Part shown: positions 59,240 to 64,000 of the stretch, piece after piece
Position numbering within the stretch: the first letter of the stretch is position 1
How the letters are laid out: each line of letters opens with the position of its first letter
Sequence record: PZ019085.1
Origin: a phage
DNA: 64,000 nt
Reading direction: 5' to 3' (one strand)
Notes under the pieces: model-generated
What the model was told of the DNA's origin: nothing
Databases searched by the model: none
What the model saw: only the letters and a program-made list of their open reading frames with translations
Translations under genes and position numbers: made by a program

Positions 59240-61495
59240 ATGCAAGTAACTAAGAGCAGTGGTGTATCCCAAAATTTTGATGCACAGAAAATTATTCAAG
59301 TCTTAACTTGGCAATGTGAAGGAACACAAATTGACCCATATGAATTGTACGAAGAAATTAAAACCCATCTTGTCGATGGGATGAGCACCAAAGATATTCA
59401 GAAGATTTGTATTAAAGTTGCAGCTAACTCGATTTCTGTCGAAGAACCTGATTATCAGTATGTCGCCGCCAAAGGGCTAATGTTTGCACTTCGTAAAGAT
59501 GTATACGGACAGTTTGAACCTCCTGCTTTTATCGACCATATCTCGTATTGTGTTAATGAAGGCAAATACGATCCTGAGTTGTTGTCTAGATATTCTGCAG
59601 AAGAAATCATTTATCTTGATTCTCGGATTAAACATGAGCGAGATTTTGACCTGACTTATGCTGGTGCTATGCAGCTTAAAGAAAAATATCTAGTTAAAGA
59701 TAAAACAACTGGGAAGATTTATGAAACTCCTCAGTTTGCTATCATGGCTATTGGCATGGCCTTACACCAAGACGAAACTCATGACCGTTTGAAACATATT
59801 ATTCGTTTTTATGATGCCGTTTCTACTCATCAAGTTTCATTGCCTACCCCAATTATGGCAGGTGCTCGTACTCCGACTCGCCAGTTCTCTAGTTGTGTAG
59901 TTATTGAAGCAGGTGATTCGTTAAAATCTATTAACAAAACTTCAGCATCAATTATTGAATATATTTCTAAACGAGCTGGCATCGGTATCAACGTTGGTAT
60001 GCTTCGTGCAGAAGGTTCTAAGATCGGTATGGGTGAAGTTCGACATACGGGTGTTATTCCATTCTGGAAACATTTCCAAACTGCAGTAAAATCTTGTTCT
60101 CAAGGTGGTATTCGCGGTGGTGCTGCTACAGCATATTATCCGATGTGGCACTTAGAAGTAGAGAACCTATTAGTTCTGAAAAATAACAAAGGTGTGGATG
60201 AAAACCGTATTCGACATATGGACTACGGAATTCAGATTAATGACCTCATGATGGAACGCCTTGGTAAAAATGATTATATTACTTTATTTAGCCCTCACGA
60301 AATGTCAGGCGAACTATACTACTCGTTCTTTGAAGATCAAGATAAATTCCGTGAGCTTTATGAGAAAGCTGAAAAAGACCCAACAATCAGAAAGAAAAGA
60401 ATCAAAGCACTAGAACTCTTTGAATTGTTCATGACTGAACGTTCTGGTACTGCTCGAATTTATCCACAGTTTGTTGATAACACGAACAACTACACTCCAT
60501 TTATTCGTGAAAAGGCTCCAATTCGTCAGAGTAACTTATGTTGTGAAATCGCTATTCCGACTAATGATGTGAATGGTCCTGATGCTGAAATTGGTTTATG
60601 CACATTATCTGCTTTTGTATTAGATAAATTTGATTGGCAAGACCAAGATAAAATTAATGAACTTGCTGAAGTACAAGTACGTGCACTTGATAATCTGTTA
60701 GACTATCAAGATTATCCGGTTCCAGAAGCTTTAAAAGCCAAAAAGCGTCGTAATCTTGGTGTTGGTGTTACGAACTATGCTGCATGGTTAGCTTCTAACT
60801 TCGCTTCATATGAAGACGCTAACGATTTGACTCATGAATTGTTTGAGAGATTGCAATATGGCCTTATCAAAGCTTCAATCAAACTCGCCAAAGAAAAAGG
60901 ATGTTGCGAGTATTATTCAGACACTAAATGGTCTAGAGGCGAATTACCTATCGACTGGTACAATAAAAAGATTGACCAAATCGCAGCCCCGAACTACGTA
61001 TGTGATTGGGAAGAACTTCGAGCTGAACTCAAAGAACACGGAATTCGTAACTCAACGTTGTCTGCACTCATGCCTTGTGAGTCAAGCAGTCAAGTATCGA
61101 ACTCTACAAATGGGATTGAACCGCCGCGTGGTCCAGTGAGTATTAAAGAATCTAAAGAAGGCAACTTCCGTCAGGTTGTTCCTAATATAGAACATAACAT
61201 GAGTCTTTACGACTACGCGTGGAAACTTGCTAAGAAAGGTAATAAACCTTATTTGACCCAAGTTGCTATCATGTTGAAATGGGTGTGCCAATCTGCTTCT
61301 GCTAATACTTACTATGACCCTGCAGTATTTGAGAAAGGTAAAGTGCCAATGTCGGTAATGCTTGACGATCTGCTTTACTTCTGGTACTTTGGCGGAAAAA
61401 ACCTCTACTATCATAACACTCGTGATGGGTCAGGTACAGATGACTATGAATTAGAAACACCTAAAGCTGAAGATTGTTCTGCTTGTAAGCTTTAA
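59240..61495 (+). CDS. nrdA: Aerobic ribonucleotide reductase large subunit NrdA
   Basis: 751 aa; class I RNR catalytic region (NLCCEI ...). Confidence 0.95.
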   Translation: MQVTKSSGVSQNFDAQKIIQVLTWQCEGTQIDPYELYEEIKTHLVDGMSTKDIQKICIKVAANSISVEEPDYQYVAAKGLMFALRKDVYGQFEPPAFIDHISYCVNEGKYDPELLSRYSAEEIIYLDSRIKHERDFDLTYAGAMQLKEKYLVKDKTTGKIYETPQFAIMAIGMALHQDETHDRLKHIIRFYDAVSTHQVSLPTPIMAGARTPTRQFSSCVVIEAGDSLKSINKTSASIIEYISKRAGIGINVGMLRAEGSKIGMGEVRHTGVIPFWKHFQTAVKSCSQGGIRGGAATAYYPMWHLEVENLLVLKNNKGVDENRIRHMDYGIQINDLMMERLGKNDYITLFSPHEMSGELYYSFFEDQDKFRELYEKAEKDPTIRKKRIKALELFELFMTERSGTARIYPQFVDNTNNYTPFIREKAPIRQSNLCCEIAIPTNDVNGPDAEIGLCTLSAFVLDKFDWQDQDKINELAEVQVRALDNLLDYQDYPVPEALKAKKRRNLGVGVTNYAAWLASNFASYEDANDLTHELFERLQYGLIKASIKLAKEKGCCEYYSDTKWSRGELPIDWYNKKIDQIAAPNYVCDWEELRAELKEHGIRNSTLSALMPCESSSQVSNSTNGIEPPRGPVSIKESKEGNFRQVVPNIEHNMSLYDYAWKLAKKGNKPYLTQVAIMLKWVCQSASANTYYDPAVFEKGKVPMSVMLDDLLYFWYFGGKNLYYHNTRDGSGTDDYELETPKAEDCSACKL

Positions 61496-61513
61496 GACTT
61501 TTGATTATAATTT

Positions 61514-61527
61514 ACTCATGGATGAGT
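61514..61527 (+). repeat. Palindrome ACTCAT-GG-ATGAGT between nrdA and nrdB
   Basis: 6-bp arms with a 2-nt centre; more likely a DNA-level site than an RNA hairpin. Confidence 0.4.
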
Positions 61528-61550
61528 TAATAACTAAGTGAGAAAATATA

Positions 61551-62729
61551 ATGAGTACAGTTTTTAACACGCAACAAGTCGATGTTTTGAATGAACCGAT
61601 GTTCTTTGGTTCTGGTCTTGGCCTCGCACGTTATGATATTCAGCGTCATAAAGTTTTTGAAGAACTTATAGAAAAATCCTTATCATTTTTCTGGCGTCCC
61701 GAAGAGGTAAACTTGATGTTGGACTCTGCGCAGTTCAATAAGCTTCCTCAGTTCCAACAGGACATCTTTACAAACAATCTTAAGTATCAATCATTATTAG
61801 ATTCTATCCAAGGCAGAGCCCCATCTGCGGTACTTATGGCACTGATTTCCGACCCTTCATTAGATACGTGGGTTGCAACATGGACATTCAGTGAAACTAT
61901 TCACTCTCGTTCGTACACTCATATTATGCGAAATCTTTATACCGATCCATCCAAAGTATTTGATGAGATTGTATTAGACGAAGCAATCATGAAACGAGCT
62001 GAATCCATTGGACGTTATTATGATGACGTTCTGATTAAAACCCGTGAATGGGAAAATGCTAAAGAAATTTTTAAATGTTTTTCCGAAAATGAATATGATT
62101 TAGATGCGTATTCAAATAGTCTTATGCACATGGAAGAATGTAAACATGACCTAATGAAGTCTCTTTATCTCTGTTTGCATGTTATCAACGCCTTAGAAGC
62201 TATTCGTTTTTACGTATCATTTGCATGTACTTTCAACTTCCATAAAAATATGGAAATTATGGAAGGTAATGCAAAGATTATGAAGTTCATTGCTCGTGAC
62301 GAACAACTCCATCTCAAGGGTACTCAGTACATTATCCGTCAACTTCAATCTGGTACTGACGGTGATGAGTGGGTTCAAATTGCTAAAGAATGTGAACAAG
62401 AAGCAGTTGACATTTTTATGGAAGTAAATAGTCAAGAGAAGGAATGGGCTGCACACCTCTTTAAAGATGGTACATGTCCAGGTATCAATACGCAGAGTAT
62501 GTGTGCTTTTGTTGATTACTTGACTGTGTCTCGTATGAAACAGTGTGGTTTGCCATGCCCAATCACTGATGCTCCGACCAAGCATCCGTATCCTTGGATT
62601 CGTGAATATCTGAACTCCGATTTAGTTCAAGCAGCTCCTCAGGAAGTTGAAATCAGTTCTTATCTTGTCGCACAAATTGATAATGATGTAGACCAAAATG
62701 TAATCAATTCATACAAAAAATATTTCTAA
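61551..62729 (+). CDS. nrdB: Ribonucleotide reductase small subunit NrdB, uninterrupted
   Basis: 392 aa continuous ORF; position and length match T4 NrdB; sequence similarity not checked residue by residue. Confidence 0.9.
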   Translation: MSTVFNTQQVDVLNEPMFFGSGLGLARYDIQRHKVFEELIEKSLSFFWRPEEVNLMLDSAQFNKLPQFQQDIFTNNLKYQSLLDSIQGRAPSAVLMALISDPSLDTWVATWTFSETIHSRSYTHIMRNLYTDPSKVFDEIVLDEAIMKRAESIGRYYDDVLIKTREWENAKEIFKCFSENEYDLDAYSNSLMHMEECKHDLMKSLYLCLHVINALEAIRFYVSFACTFNFHKNMEIMEGNAKIMKFIARDEQLHLKGTQYIIRQLQSGTDGDEWVQIAKECEQEAVDIFMEVNSQEKEWAAHLFKDGTCPGINTQSMCAFVDYLTVSRMKQCGLPCPITDAPTKHPYPWIREYLNSDLVQAAPQEVEISSYLVAQIDNDVDQNVINSYKKYF

Positions 62730-62733
62730 GGAC

Positions 62734-62757
62734 GGGACTTCGGTCCCACTTTATTAT
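62734..62757 (+). terminator. Terminator-like hairpin (GGGAC-UUCG-GUCCC) with a weak U-tract
   Basis: Overlaps the denA start region. Confidence 0.4.
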
Positions 62758-63166
62758 GAAAGATATTGCCGCCGAATATTCCTTTATTAAATATACAGAA
62801 TTGGAGCTATTAGAAGATGCAACAATTAAAACAGTTGATGTCCCTAATAAGAAAAATGTCATATATGCTATTGCTATAGATGACGAACTTGTGTATATTG
62901 GTAAAACCAAGAATTTAAAGAAACGCATTAACTATTATCGAACAGCCATAAATCGAAAAGACCAGACTTCAGATTCAAGAAAATCACTTATGATTTTGGA
63001 TGCCTTAATGCAAGGCAAAAAGGTTGAATTCTGGGCCCGCCAATGTTTTGACCTTTCAGTCACCAACGAACTTGGTTCAATGACCATCGCAACAATGGAC
63101 CTTGAAGAACCGCTTTTTATCAAAAAGTTCAACCCGCCTTGGAATATCCAACATAAGAAAAAGTAG
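62756..63166 (+). CDS. denA: Endonuclease II (DenA, GIY-YIG-like)
   Basis: 136 aa; YSFIKYTELEL ... VYIGKTKNLKKRINYYRTAINRKD matches T4 DenA from memory. Confidence 0.9.
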   Translation: MKDIAAEYSFIKYTELELLEDATIKTVDVPNKKNVIYAIAIDDELVYIGKTKNLKKRINYYRTAINRKDQTSDSRKSLMILDALMQGKKVEFWARQCFDLSVTNELGSMTIATMDLEEPLFIKKFNPPWNIQHKKK

Positions 63167-63195
63167 TTTACACACCACAAGGATTGTGGTACAAT
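63166..63195 (+). promoter_or_regulatory. Early promoter (GTTTAC, 18 bp, TACAAT) with spacer hairpin CCACAA-GGA-TTGTGG
   Basis: -35 at 63166-63171, -10 at 63190-63195. Confidence 0.55.
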
Positions 63196-63213
63196 TTAAA
63201 AAAAACTAACTGA

Positions 63214-64000
<787 letters not shown>

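Overview
This window is a T4-like (Tevenvirinae) phage genome segment that is syntenic with T4 from gene 44 through 43, 42, uvsX, 41, 61, 56, dda, dexA, 39, rIIA/B, 52, motA, asiA, the long-tail-fibre block 34-38 and holin t (minus strand), then rnh, 32, frd, td, nrdA/B, denA and the start of rnlA. Gene 39 is a single 605-aa ORF, and td and nrdB are uninterrupted. The 903-aa gp43 looks, from memory only, very close to the RB69 (Mosigvirus) polymerase. The main non-T4 content is a sugar-activation cassette between genes 43 and 42 (4647-8750): an SIS sugar-phosphate isomerase, a fused nucleotidyltransferase/kinase, a small HAD-like phosphatase and a Cys-rich enzyme of unknown fold. With the unrelated genes in the T4 beta-gt slot and an unlinked GT-B glycosyltransferase beside rIIA (31593-32693), this looks like a dispersed hydroxymethylcytosine hypermodification system. 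Arabinosyl-hmC is reported for RB69-like phages, but the per-gene roles here are my inference and the Cys-rich enzyme has no obvious place in that pathway. Regulatory structure is dense: about 20 GTTTAC-type early promoters (several inside inverted repeats that would mask the ribosome-binding site in read-through RNA), MotA-box middle promoters, TATAAATA late promoters, UUCG-tetraloop terminators and conserved gp43/gp32 translational operators. No tRNA, CRISPR array or homing endonuclease was found. All homology calls are by eye and memory; nothing was searched.
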